A stretch of DNA of 64,000 nucleotides from Candidatus Latescibacterota bacterium (GCA_965208105.1 OZ242318.1:4000001-4064000); one strand, 5' to 3'; counted from the stretch's first letter, positions 9,988 through 19,855 are shown. Notes: generated by a model not told the origin, from the sequence alone. Program-made: numbers and translations.

Positions 9988-10983
9988 CTATCTAATTCGG
10001 GATTGCGCACTCGAGCGCCAGAGGTCGGCGTTTGCGCCCAGTTTCTCTTTGACCTGACGGGTAATCTCGTCCAATGCCCGCAGCGTCCGGGCGTCCAGGA
10101 CCAATTCCGCCCCCCGTGCGTCCTCCCGCACTTCCTCGGGAGTGCGAGCGCCGGTAAGCAGGGCGGTTACGCCGGCTTGTTGGCTCACCCAGGCCAGCGC
10201 TACAGCGGCCATGGAGGTCTCCAGATCGCGGGCGATTGCGCCGATCCTTCGGAGGGCGGCAAAAACTTCGGTCTCACACCCCTCCTCACCGTGGCGGGCG
10301 CCCGCCCGTCCGCTGGCGAAGTGCCGGCTGATCGCCCGCGGCGCCGGTACCTGGGCGACGTTGGCGTAGCGGCCGGTGAGCAGCCCCTGGGCGAGCGGGG
10401 TGTAACAGATGATGCCGATGTCCCGCTCTATGCAATGGGCCTGGATCTCGAATTCGATGGCGCGGGTGAGGAGGCTGTAGGGCACCTGGTTCGCGGCGCA
10501 ATGGCCGACTTCCGCCAACGCGGCAAGATCCCGTGCCCCGAAATTGCAAACGCCGACGGCGCGAATCTTGCCCTGCCGCTTTAGCCTTTCGAAAGCGCTC
10601 AGGGTCTCCTCCAGAGGGGTCTCCCGGAAGGGCCAGTGGATCTGATAGAGATCGATGTAGTCGGTCTCCAGCTGCTGGAGGCTGCGGGCGCAGGCAGCCT
10701 CCACCTCGGCGGCGCTGCCCCCGCCATGGCTGCACTTTGTGGCGATGACGGCTTGGTGGCGACGACCTTTGAGAGCCCGGCCCAGCACGCGTTCGGAGTG
10801 GCCGCTTCCGTAGCCTTCGGCGGTGTCGAAGAAGTTCACTCCCTCGTCCAGGGCCGCGTGCACCGAAGCAATCGAATCCCGGTCGTCTTGCGGTCCCCAA
10901 TACTCGTCCCCGGCGAACGCCCAGCAACCCAGCGCGACCACCGAAACCTCCGTGCCGGTGTCTGCAAGTTTTCGGTATTCCAC
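9988..10983 (-). CDS. Aldo/keto reductase
   Basis: VSVVALGCW, NFFDTAEGYG, IATK, DYIDLYQIHWP, GKIRAVGVCN, YTPLAQGLLTG. GTG start with GAGG RBS. Confidence 0.93.
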   Translation of the reverse strand: MEYRKLADTGTEVSVVALGCWAFAGDEYWGPQDDRDSIASVHAALDEGVNFFDTAEGYGSGHSERVLGRALKGRRHQAVIATKCSHGGGSAAEVEAACARSLQQLETDYIDLYQIHWPFRETPLEETLSAFERLKRQGKIRAVGVCNFGARDLAALAEVGHCAANQVPYSLLTRAIEFEIQAHCIERDIGIICYTPLAQGLLTGRYANVAQVPAPRAISRHFASGRAGARHGEEGCETEVFAALRRIGAIARDLETSMAAVALAWVSQQAGVTALLTGARTPEEVREDARGAELVLDARTLRALDEITRQVKEKLGANADLWRSSAQSRIR

Positions 10984-11009
10984 GGACCTCTCATCCCTGT
11001 TTTGGGGAG

Positions 11010-11834
11010 CTACCCGCGCCGCTGCGCACGGCATCCCCGATGGCATCCACCGCTTGGGCTGCGCTTGCCGGTGACAGTATGGCGCGGAGAACGGCTTGGA
11101 CGCCGAAGGACCAGATTGTGCAGCAGGATCTCCTCCCGTCCTTCGCGGTTCGCCGTTGCCAACACGCTTCCGTCGCGATCGTAGACGACGCTGCCGCCGT
11201 TGCAGCGGTTGACCCAGGACATGCCGACGCGGTTGGCAACGAGCATGGGTGAATCCAGTTCGCGAGCCAGCGCTCCCAGTTCGCCAAGCTCGGGCATGGA
11301 ACGGCGGTTATTCGGATAGAACACGACCTCGGGATGAAGGTCCCGAGCGCGGGCGACACAGCGGGGCGCTTCCCCGTCGGAGCATATGAAACAAGTGGCG
11401 CGAACGCCGTCGACTTCGAACGCTTCGGGTCCGGTGCCCGGGTCGTAGCGCGCCCATTCGTTGCGGAATCCCCGATCGCTCGGCTCGGTCCAGATCCAGG
11501 TCTTGCGATAGCGATGGAGCAGACCTTGCGGTCCTGCGAAAACCTGCGAGATGAAATAGCGGTCGTTTTCGACCTCGGAGAGGCCGAATGAAATGATGCA
11601 GTCCAGCTCGCGCGCCAGTTTGGTGAAGGAGGCAGTGGATTCTCCTCCAGGGACCGTTTCAGCAAACCGATCGATGCGCTGGGAATAGTCGCTGATGGCG
11701 CTTTCGTGGAACAGGATCCACCGAGCCCCGGATTCTCGTGCCCGGCGGGCAAGCTCCACCATTTTGTCGCGATTTCCGGCAACATTCTCCGGCTTCGCGT
11801 CGAACTGCACCACCGCAACGCTTACGGACGGCAT
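11010..11834 (-). CDS. Carbon-nitrogen hydrolase (nitrilase superfamily)
   Basis: VAVVQF, FHE (Glu), YRKT (Lys), ICSD (Cys) catalytic triad, ANRVG. Confidence 0.9.
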   Translation of the reverse strand: MPSVSVAVVQFDAKPENVAGNRDKMVELARRARESGARWILFHESAISDYSQRIDRFAETVPGGESTASFTKLARELDCIISFGLSEVENDRYFISQVFAGPQGLLHRYRKTWIWTEPSDRGFRNEWARYDPGTGPEAFEVDGVRATCFICSDGEAPRCVARARDLHPEVVFYPNNRRSMPELGELGALARELDSPMLVANRVGMSWVNRCNGGSVVYDRDGSVLATANREGREEILLHNLVLRRPSRSPRHTVTGKRSPSGGCHRGCRAQRRG

Positions 11835-11996
11835 GATTTCGCTCACTGAGAATTAAAGGGGTCATCTGGAATTACTGTGGGTAGACCCCAGATCAGGAAG
11901 AATAAGAGGCGTTTTCTATCACCGTCAAGACCCTGAGAGTGCACCGGGCCCTGCGGCCGGCGTAGGAGGCGGTCGAGGAGGAACCAACAGCCCGTC

Positions 11997-12051
11997 GATC
12001 CATCCCTGCTCACGGCCCAATTGCGTCAAACTGTCTCTGCGACGGGACACT
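11997..12051. repeat. Internally deleted, one-ended fragment of the MITE family (copy 3)
   Basis: GATCCATCCCTGCTCACGGC joined directly to CCAATTGCGTCAAACTGTCTCTGCGACGGGACACT, matching two separated parts of copy 1. Confidence 0.75.
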
Positions 12052-12245
12052 GGCGCTTTTTGTATTCAAAATGGCGTTGTATGTTCGTTCTGAATGCGGT
12101 AAAATATCAAATAGGCCCATACTCGACACGCGTTCATCGCTCGCCTGTAAATAGACCGAAAGAGGTCGTGATCCGAGAAGCCTGGCCAGATCCCACCAAC
12201 CTCCCGTTCCCCAGCTCGACGATCTTGGGAAAGGAGTAACCATTG

Positions 12246-14036
12246 ATGCCAAACAAGATTTCCGACGCTTATCGACGGATCCAGCGCATGATTGCGGAAG
12301 AGGAGTGTGTAATCCTGGATGGCGGCGGTACCACGGAGTTGGAGCGCGTCGGGCTGAAGGACTATCGCATCAGCGATAAGGGGATGTGGGGAACCTGGAC
12401 CCTCTATCACGCCCCGTACGCAGCTCTCGAGGTTCATCGCCGCTACGTCGCCACCGGCTGTCATCTCATCTCGACCATGACCTGGTCGATTATCACTCCG
12501 CCGGAGAATGAAGCACGCCAAATGGTGGCGGATACAGCCCCTGGACACTGGATGGATGTGGCGCGGCTGGGCTTGAGGCTCCCTCGACAGGCGATTGACG
12601 AAAGTGGGAGAGCGGGGCAGTGTGCCGTGGCGTTCAGCATCAATGGCGACATAAATACGCCGCAACAACTGGATCGAATGCAGTTGCTCGCACGGGTGTT
12701 TGAAGAAACGCCTCCCGACCTGATCATTATGGAGACCATGTCGCTCATCCGCGATGAGCTGACCTTTCCGGCTGTGGAAATTGTGCTGCGGACAGGGGTT
12801 CCGGTCTGGCTCAGTTTTCGGCGTTGCCGCCATGGCGTTTGCGGCGTCTACGGCCAGCACTGGGGTGGACCGGAAGGCGACTTTTTCGGGCGGATGGCGA
12901 GCAAATTCGAAGAAATGGGCGTCGGCGCCCTGCTCATCAACTGCCTGCCGATAGACCATGTGCCGGGGATGGTCGCGTGGCTGCGCGATTTTACCGATAT
13001 GCCGCTCGGTGTCTATCCGAATCTGGGGCGTTATCTCGACCCCGGATGGCAGTTTGACGACCAGATCGACCCGCAAGGGTACGCAAGGCTTGCCGGCCAG
13101 TGGCGGGAAGAAGGGGCACAGATCATTGGTGGCTGTTGCGGCGTCACACCGGAACATATCGCCGCTGTGCGAGAGAAAATGGCGGGAACGAAGCCCGGTC
13201 GGAGGCATGGACGCACTGCTCCCCACATGGAAGCTGCGGTGAAGACTGAGACCCGTTCAGATCGAACATCGCACGCACTCCAGCCCTGGGTTGATGGGCA
13301 GGAGCGGATGCTGTACCCCTTGCCCTTTCCCGAAATCGTCTGTGATCCCGAGGTTTTTCGCCCGACGCAAGGCAGTTTCCTCGTCTGGAAGCATCTATTT
13401 CGATCCGGTGCGGGCAAAGGGAAACGATGTCTGGATGTGGGTTGCGGAACGGGGCTCTTAACGGTTCAACTGGCGTTGAATGGGGCTGAACGCGTTAAGG
13501 CGATCGACATCCAACGCGAAGCTGTGGCCAATACGATGACGAATAGTTTTCGGAACGGGGTTTCGGATCAGGTCAGTGGGGAGGCGGTTGATCTCTATAC
13601 CTATCTACCGCATGAGAAATACGACCTGGTAGTCGCAAGCCTGCATCAGATGCCGGTCGACCCGATGGGAGAGACAACCAGCCATCGTCCCGCAGATTTC
13701 TGGGGGCGAAACATGCTCGACCATCTGATTTCCCTCTTGCCCGATCTGCTCGAAGAGGGTGGAACTGCCTACCTGATGCAGATTTCCGCCCTGAGTCGGC
13801 TTCGCACAGCCGAGCTGCTGGAAGCGGCTGGATTCGACGGCACCGTGATTGATTTCAGCTTTTTTCAATTCAGTCCGGTGTTTTACCAGAATATTGGGCA
13901 AATCCGGCGCGTCGAAGAACTGTCGGACGCATACCATTTGGCTTTCGGTGACGACCAGGTAATGGTGATCTACCTGCTTGAAGTCGCGCATCGGAAATCG
14001 TCTGCAGAATTGGGCGATGTTCCAGGTAAAACTTGA
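12246..14036 (+). CDS. Homocysteine S-methyltransferase domain fused to a class I SAM-dependent methyltransferase
   Basis: N-terminal ILDGGGTTELE, LINC, GVYPN, IIGGCCG (Zn ligands). C-terminal CLDVGCGTG, AIDI, YDLVVA. AAGGAG RBS. Confidence 0.88.
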   Translation: MPNKISDAYRRIQRMIAEEECVILDGGGTTELERVGLKDYRISDKGMWGTWTLYHAPYAALEVHRRYVATGCHLISTMTWSIITPPENEARQMVADTAPGHWMDVARLGLRLPRQAIDESGRAGQCAVAFSINGDINTPQQLDRMQLLARVFEETPPDLIIMETMSLIRDELTFPAVEIVLRTGVPVWLSFRRCRHGVCGVYGQHWGGPEGDFFGRMASKFEEMGVGALLINCLPIDHVPGMVAWLRDFTDMPLGVYPNLGRYLDPGWQFDDQIDPQGYARLAGQWREEGAQIIGGCCGVTPEHIAAVREKMAGTKPGRRHGRTAPHMEAAVKTETRSDRTSHALQPWVDGQERMLYPLPFPEIVCDPEVFRPTQGSFLVWKHLFRSGAGKGKRCLDVGCGTGLLTVQLALNGAERVKAIDIQREAVANTMTNSFRNGVSDQVSGEAVDLYTYLPHEKYDLVVASLHQMPVDPMGETTSHRPADFWGRNMLDHLISLLPDLLEEGGTAYLMQISALSRLRTAELLEAAGFDGTVIDFSFFQFSPVFYQNIGQIRRVEELSDAYHLAFGDDQVMVIYLLEVAHRKSSAELGDVPGKT

Positions 14037-14088
14037 TGAGGCCCCCGGAATCCCGTATGGCATACAGGTCTGCAAGGAGAGAACCGCC

Positions 14089-14946
14089 ATGAAACAGATG
14101 CGGGAAATGGCCGTGGCTCTGGCCGCCGGGTTGCTTGCAGGGTCTGTGGAGGCGGGTGAGGAAATTGCGGTGGAGCTTCCTGGCGGGGCCACCATGGAGT
14201 TCGTGTGGATCGAGCCGGGCTCCTTCCTCATGGGCAGTCCTTTCGAAGCACCCGAATACCGATATGCTTCGGAGCGACCGCAGCACCCTGTGGCGATCAC
14301 CAAGGGGTTCTACCTGGGCAAGTACGAGATCACCCAGGCGCAATGGACGGCGGTCATGGGCCGCAATCCCAGCTATCGCCAGGGTCCCGATCGGCCGGTG
14401 GAGCTGGTCACTTGGGAGGCGGTGCAGGCCTTCGTGGGCCGGCTCAACGAGGCTGTGGACGACTCCGTCTATCGACTGCCCACCGAAGCCGAATGGGAAT
14501 TCGCGGCGCGGGCGGGCACGACGACGCGGTGGCCCTTCGGCGACGACGAGAGTCTGTTGGACGACCACGCGTGGTATGTGCGCAACAACGATCCGGAGGG
14601 GCCCAAGGAGGTGGGGCTCAAGCGGCCCAATCCCTGGGGGTTGCACGATATGCACGGCAATGTGTGGGAGTGGGTGGAGGACTGGCACGGTCCGTACAGC
14701 AGCGCCAGCCAGGTAGATCCCGCCGGCCCCGCCTCGGGCACCCACCGCGTCGTGCGCGGCGGTATTTTCAACGGCCACGGCCGGCACCTGCGCTCGGCCT
14801 TCCGCGGCTTGCTGGGGCCCCATTTGGGCCGCACCGGCATTGGCGCGCGTCTGGTCCTGGAAACCTCCCTCTCCGTCCGACGGGGATCGGAAGCCACGTC
14901 CTTGACTCGAGAAAGTTGGGGACGGATCAAGGCGGGCGAACGCTGA
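14089..14946 (+). CDS. Secreted FGE/SUMF1-domain protein (probably non-catalytic)
   Basis: Signal peptide, FYLGKYEITQAQW, YRLPTEAEWEFAAR, NPWGLHDMHGNVWEW, RVVRGG. No catalytic Cys pair. Ends in SWGRIK. Confidence 0.88.
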   Translation: MKQMREMAVALAAGLLAGSVEAGEEIAVELPGGATMEFVWIEPGSFLMGSPFEAPEYRYASERPQHPVAITKGFYLGKYEITQAQWTAVMGRNPSYRQGPDRPVELVTWEAVQAFVGRLNEAVDDSVYRLPTEAEWEFAARAGTTTRWPFGDDESLLDDHAWYVRNNDPEGPKEVGLKRPNPWGLHDMHGNVWEWVEDWHGPYSSASQVDPAGPASGTHRVVRGGIFNGHGRHLRSAFRGLLGPHLGRTGIGARLVLETSLSVRRGSEATSLTRESWGRIKAGER

Positions 14947-15050
14947 TCTACCGGTCCGCCGCGTTGATCGCGTTCCGGCTGTAGCATAGGTTTACGCGTT
15001 GAGCATCGCGCCACTTTCGGCGCATAACACGCGATCAGAAGGAAACGATC

Positions 15051-16358
15051 ATGCCCAACCGACCCAACATTCTTTTGATCTTCACCGACGAACAATCCGC
15101 CGACGCCATGAGCTGCGCTGGCAACGTCGAGATATCCACGCCAGCCATGGACCGCCTCGCGGCGGACGGCGTCCGCTTCGAGCGCGCCTATTGCGCCGCG
15201 CCGTCCTGCGCGCCGGCGCGCAACAGCCTCCACACCGGCCGGATGCCCCATCAGGTCGAATTCGGCGAGAATGGCAAGATCGCCAAACCGGAAGAGACCC
15301 TCGGCCGCATACTGGCCGGCGCTGGCTATGACTGCAATTACGCCGGCAACCGCGCTTTTTCGTTGAGCGAAGACCCCGGCATCTGCGGGTATCAGCCGCT
15401 CTCCCCCAAGGGGGACGCCATCACCGCCCAGCGCTCCGCCGAGTTCCTGCAAGAGCGCGGGCGCGGTCAGAACGACAACCCGTTCTTTCTGGTCTCATCC
15501 TTCATCAACCCGCACAACATCTATCAGTGGGCGCGGGACCAGGACACCTACCTCGGCGCTGTCGAAGATCGCCCCATCCACGAATGCCCGATCCTGCCGG
15601 CCAACCACCATATGGCCCCGTTCACGCCCCAATGCATCAAGGCGTATCTGGGTGGACATTCGCCGGCCTACCAGGCACCCCAACCGATTGACGATCCGAA
15701 CTGGTGGAGGCGCTACCGCAACGCCTACTTCCGCATGATCGAGATGGTGGATGCGCAGATCGGCATCGTGCTCGACTCCTTGCGTGATTCCGGACTGTAC
15801 GACGACACCCTCGTGCTCTTCATCAGCGACCACGGTGACTGCGCCGGCGCGCATCAGTGGCTGTGGAAGAATGTGCTCTACGAGGAAGCATTGAAGGTGC
15901 CGTTCATCCTGAAACCTCCTTCAGGCAGCGCGGCCGGCCTTTCCAGCGCCTTTGTTTCCACCGGGCTCGACATCCTGCCGACCTTCTGTGATTACGCCGA
16001 GGCCGATCTACCAGGTGGTTTGCAAGGCCGCTCCCTCCGGCCGTTGGTGGAGGGATCCAAAGATGCGGAGGAATCCTGGCGCAAGCAGCTGGTGGTGGTC
16101 ACGGACCGCCACGATTACGGCATGGTCGGACGCGCCGCGTTCGAGGGGAATACGAAATACGTGATCTACGAATGGGGCCGTTATCGCGAACAGCTGTTCG
16201 ACCTGGAAGCCGATCCCGGTGAGATGGTGAATGTCGCATCCAGTGCCCGGTTCACGCCCGACCTGGTCAGAATGCGATCCTTCCTGCGCGACTGGTGCGC
16301 CGAGACCGGAGATTATTTCAAGTCCGTTCCAAAAGGCGAGAACCCCGCGCCGTACTGA
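15051..16358 (+). CDS. Formylglycine-dependent sulfatase (Cys-type), close paralog of 8189-9550
   Basis: RPNILLIFTDEQ, CAPAR, SDHG, and the same C-terminal PAPY. Confidence 0.93.
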   Translation: MPNRPNILLIFTDEQSADAMSCAGNVEISTPAMDRLAADGVRFERAYCAAPSCAPARNSLHTGRMPHQVEFGENGKIAKPEETLGRILAGAGYDCNYAGNRAFSLSEDPGICGYQPLSPKGDAITAQRSAEFLQERGRGQNDNPFFLVSSFINPHNIYQWARDQDTYLGAVEDRPIHECPILPANHHMAPFTPQCIKAYLGGHSPAYQAPQPIDDPNWWRRYRNAYFRMIEMVDAQIGIVLDSLRDSGLYDDTLVLFISDHGDCAGAHQWLWKNVLYEEALKVPFILKPPSGSAAGLSSAFVSTGLDILPTFCDYAEADLPGGLQGRSLRPLVEGSKDAEESWRKQLVVVTDRHDYGMVGRAAFEGNTKYVIYEWGRYREQLFDLEADPGEMVNVASSARFTPDLVRMRSFLRDWCAETGDYFKSVPKGENPAPY

Positions 16359-16496
16359 GGTCAACTCGCGGCAGGCCGTCCGGGTCGCGGCGCTCCTGAG
16401 CGCGCGATGCCCCAAGGTCTCAGCGCCGAGCTGTCCGGCGACCTGCGGTGATCGGGACCGCCGCGATCGGTCGTCACCACGAGGGCAATCGCTGCG

Positions 16497-17717
16497 ATGT
16501 ACGGCCCGCACTGGACAGTCAATCGGTTTCCCAAAGTGACGCTCGAAACAACACTCCCGGAAGCAGCCGGCTTCTCCGCCGACCGACTCGAAGCCGCCGT
16601 AGACTACCTCCACACCGCCGTCGACCTCGGCGCCATCCCTCTGGTCGAAATCCTCGTCGCCCGCGGCTCTAAGATCGTCCTCCACGACCGCCGTCTGCAC
16701 CCCAGGATAGTTGCCCAGGGTTTCGAACTTACCGCCGACACCATCTTCGAAGTCGCCTCGGTCACCAAGCCGCTCTGCGGCTCCGTCGTCATGCGCCAGG
16801 TCGAGATGGGCTATCTCTCCCTGGACATCCCGGTGGCCGAATATCTCCCCGAGTTTGGCAAAGCCGGCAAGGGCTCGGTCACGGCGCGCCACCTGCTGTC
16901 CCATTCGTCCGGTTTGGGCGATCTGATCAACGGTCCGCACCCGGCGTCGACGGAAGAGCTGTTGGAGCGGATCTACGACCTGCCCCTGGGGTTCGAGCCG
17001 GGCACGCGATCGAGTTATTCCACGCTTGGCTTCGAGGTGGTGGCGGAGCTGGTGCGGCGGGTGAGCGGCAAGGAGCTGGCGGAGCTGGGGGACGAGCTGT
17101 TCAGGTCCCTGGGGATGGGGCAGACCCATTTCCGCGCCCGCGATGAGTTCGATTCGCCGCGGGAGTGGCGCGCCCATGCGCTGCCGCTGTTCGACCGGGA
17201 TTTGCGCGCCCATGCGGACCCGTTCGACGGGGAGATGGAGGACCATCCGCATTTCAACTACATCACGGGTGGGGGTCGCGGTTGTTCGAGCGCGATGGAT
17301 CTGGCGGTGTTTGCGCAGATGATGCTGAACAAGGGCAGCTATGGGGACACCCGGGTGCTGTCGCCCGCCTCGGTGGAGCGGATGGTGGAACCGCAGTTCG
17401 CCTGGTCGGATACGCCCGAGCACCGGACCCGTGCGGACCGCTACATGTACCTTAGCAAGGCGCTGGGGTGGATGGTCCGAGGGGATGCGTTTTTCTTTGG
17501 CGGCGATCTGATGAGTCCGCGGGCGTACTTTCACGGCGGCGCCTACGGATCGCGGGTGCTGATGGATCCGGAGTACGATCTGGCGTTGGTGTTTTTGACG
17601 AGTACGTGGCAGCATCCGGTGACCGGTGAGGAAGCGATCCAGGTGCCGGAGTACATGAACAGCTTTATCAAGATTCAGCAGGTGTTTGCGAATATGGTGT
17701 ACGGGGCGCTGTGTTGA
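16497..17717 (+). CDS. Serine hydrolase, beta-lactamase/class C esterase family
   Basis: IFEVASVTK (SxxK), LLSHSSG, FEPG..SSYS (Tyr), HGG. Confidence 0.88.
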   Translation: MYGPHWTVNRFPKVTLETTLPEAAGFSADRLEAAVDYLHTAVDLGAIPLVEILVARGSKIVLHDRRLHPRIVAQGFELTADTIFEVASVTKPLCGSVVMRQVEMGYLSLDIPVAEYLPEFGKAGKGSVTARHLLSHSSGLGDLINGPHPASTEELLERIYDLPLGFEPGTRSSYSTLGFEVVAELVRRVSGKELAELGDELFRSLGMGQTHFRARDEFDSPREWRAHALPLFDRDLRAHADPFDGEMEDHPHFNYITGGGRGCSSAMDLAVFAQMMLNKGSYGDTRVLSPASVERMVEPQFAWSDTPEHRTRADRYMYLSKALGWMVRGDAFFFGGDLMSPRAYFHGGAYGSRVLMDPEYDLALVFLTSTWQHPVTGEEAIQVPEYMNSFIKIQQVFANMVYGALC

Positions 17718-17802
17718 GGGACAGCCCCCGGGCATTCCCATCGCTCCGGTCCACTGGCTTTGCCTATGCTGCTTTTGGATCTGTGCCGACTGCCTACTCA
17801 CG

Positions 17803-17831
17803 TTGCCGATCACAGCACAATTTGATATAAT
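17803..17831 (+). promoter_or_regulatory. Sigma70-like promoter
   Basis: TTGCCG-17 bp-TATAAT with extended -10 TG. Confidence 0.6.
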
Positions 17832-17905
17832 TCTCCGTGAAACCCACCACACCGCTTCGGGCAGGCGGTCCCCTCACTGCCTCGGCCAGACATTGCAATC
17901 GCGGG

Positions 17906-19420
17906 ATGGGGATGTCGCGTTTCCGATTGGAAATAATCGTTTTCATCGCTGGGGCGGTAATAATGATATTCGAGCTCGTGGGTTCGCGTGTCATGGCGCC
18001 GTACCTTGGGAGTTCGCTCTACGTATGGACCAGCCTCATCGGGGTCATTCTGGGTAGTCTCAGTTTCGGATACTGGTACGGGGGACGGCTTGCTGACAGG
18101 CGGCCCGAGCACGCAGTCCTTTCAAAGATACTCTTCGCAGCCGCGATTCTTGTAGCGGCAGTTTCGTATTTCGATTACCTCACCTTGAAATTCGTGCGGG
18201 GCTTGCTACCCGACCTGCGCGCTGCCTCCTTCGCTGGTGCAGTTATTCTGTTTGCTCCCGCGAGTGTGCTCTTGGGAATGGTGGCGCCTTTTGCCGTGCG
18301 CCTGCGGTTGAGCGACATCGAAGAAACTGGCAAAGTTGTCGGCCGCCTGTACGCGATTTCCACGGTTGGAAGCATTAGCGGGACGTTTCTCGCCGGATTT
18401 TTTCTCATTGCCTTTTTCGGAACGACGCAAATCCTTTTGGTGCTGTCTGTTCTTCTGCTGGCAACGTCGTTTCTCGGGTTCAGAATAAAAAGGGTGGAGC
18501 CCCGGGTAGTAGCCGGCCTTCTTCTCTTAGTTGCGGTATCTTTCCGCGCATATCTACATCACAGCTCCGATACCGGGCGAATCGATATTGACACAGATTA
18601 TAACCGAGTGTGGATCGATGATGCAGTCTTGGGGGAATCGAAGCGACCGGCGCGCCTACTTCGAATCGATGGCCTATTCGCGCAAGCGGCGGTCTACCTC
18701 GACAATCTCAACGAACTGTATCCGAACTACACGCGATTTTACCGCCTCGCAGAACATTTTCGTCCGGACGCACGTGCTGCGCTGGCCATCGGCGGCGGCG
18801 GCTATACCTTTCCTCGGGACTATCTTCGGCGAAATGCAGATGTAGCGATTGACGCTGTGGAAATAGATCCGGAGCTTACGGAATTGTCGCGTCAATATTT
18901 CGCTCTCCGCGATCATCCGCGGATGAAGATTTATCACGAAGACGGCCGCATGTTCGTCGCCCGGACGAAGAAAGAGTACGATGTTGTGTTCTTGGATGCT
19001 TTTAACTCAGCAGCGACCATTCCGTTTCACCTTACAACGGTCGAATTTACCAGAGAGCTCGCGGGCCTGCTCGGGCCGGGCGGCGTTCTTATTACCAATG
19101 TCGTATCTGCGGTTGAAGGTGACCACGGACGGATGCTTCGCGCTTTGTATGCAGTGTACCAGAAGGTGTTCCCTCAGGTGCACCTGTTCCCGGTCGATAA
19201 TCCGAGCCAGGGTACAACGCCGCAGAGCGTAATAGTCGTTGCTATTAAATCGCCCGATTCGGTTGAGCTCAGCAGCGAGAATGAAGAATACCAGGGATAT
19301 CTCGCCAATCGATGGACGTCTGCGGTCACGGACGATGTTGCAGCATTTACAGATAATCATGCTCCCGTAGAGCAGTATTCGAAGGGCGTACTTCAGTACT
19401 ACTATAAGATGTGGTTTTGA
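17906..19420 (+). CDS. Membrane-domain-fused spermidine synthase-like methyltransferase
   Basis: N-terminal TMs (FELVGSRVMAPYLGSSLYVW, GRLYAISTVGSI.GTF). C-terminal IGGGG, VEIDP, EDGR, YDVVFLDAF, FHLTT.EF, TDNHAPVE. Confidence 0.88.
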   Translation: MGMSRFRLEIIVFIAGAVIMIFELVGSRVMAPYLGSSLYVWTSLIGVILGSLSFGYWYGGRLADRRPEHAVLSKILFAAAILVAAVSYFDYLTLKFVRGLLPDLRAASFAGAVILFAPASVLLGMVAPFAVRLRLSDIEETGKVVGRLYAISTVGSISGTFLAGFFLIAFFGTTQILLVLSVLLLATSFLGFRIKRVEPRVVAGLLLLVAVSFRAYLHHSSDTGRIDIDTDYNRVWIDDAVLGESKRPARLLRIDGLFAQAAVYLDNLNELYPNYTRFYRLAEHFRPDARAALAIGGGGYTFPRDYLRRNADVAIDAVEIDPELTELSRQYFALRDHPRMKIYHEDGRMFVARTKKEYDVVFLDAFNSAATIPFHLTTVEFTRELAGLLGPGGVLITNVVSAVEGDHGRMLRALYAVYQKVFPQVHLFPVDNPSQGTTPQSVIVVAIKSPDSVELSSENEEYQGYLANRWTSAVTDDVAAFTDNHAPVEQYSKGVLQYYYKMWF

Positions 19421-19791
19421 ATAAAAAGTTGAGCGTGAATACTTGCTTCAGCCTCCGAATGCGGCGGCGTTCAAAGGCGCCCGTTCGCGCTTCTGAGGCG
19501 ATCAGCTTTCCTCGCACTCGCCGCGTGCGCCTTTGGGCATGAAGGCGGGATAGTCGAGGAGCACGCTGCGCTTCCAAGGACGTACGCAACAGGACATGCC
19601 TTGCACCTTGTGCACGCCGGCGAGAACGAACTCACGAGCTACTTTGAGGTCGAGCTCGAGCAGCGCTCCACGTACCTGTGGACCAAGTTGACTCAGACGT
19701 TGTCGGTGGGAACGACAGAGTTGGAGTGAAGGAGGAGGAGCGGAAGAGCGGCCAGTTGGTGTTAGCTCCGGACTTTCTCGAGCACTAATAC

Positions 19792-19830
19792 AAAAAATAC
19801 AGGGGCAGATCGTTTCAATCTGCCCCTGTA
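19792..19830 (-). terminator. Intrinsic terminator
   Basis: 13-bp perfect stem TACAGGGGCAGAT/ATCTGCCCCTGTA followed by a U6 tract on the minus strand, just downstream of the 19856 stop. Confidence 0.85.
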
Positions 19831-19855
19831 CGGTTACGGATCGATCAGATCGGGA

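Noticed and set aside
14089-14946. True formylglycine-generating enzyme for the adjacent sulfatase
   Set aside because: Lacks the catalytic cysteines and carries a signal peptide.
16497-17717. Antibiotic-resistance beta-lactamase
   Set aside because: Only generic SxxK/Tyr serine-hydrolase motifs, no signal peptide and no KTG; an esterase or amidase is more likely.
19520-19730. Start-less open frame ending ...ELTSYFEVELEQRSTYLWTKLTQTLSVGTTELE*
   Set aside because: Possibly a gene remnant, but no family can be recognised, so it is not called.
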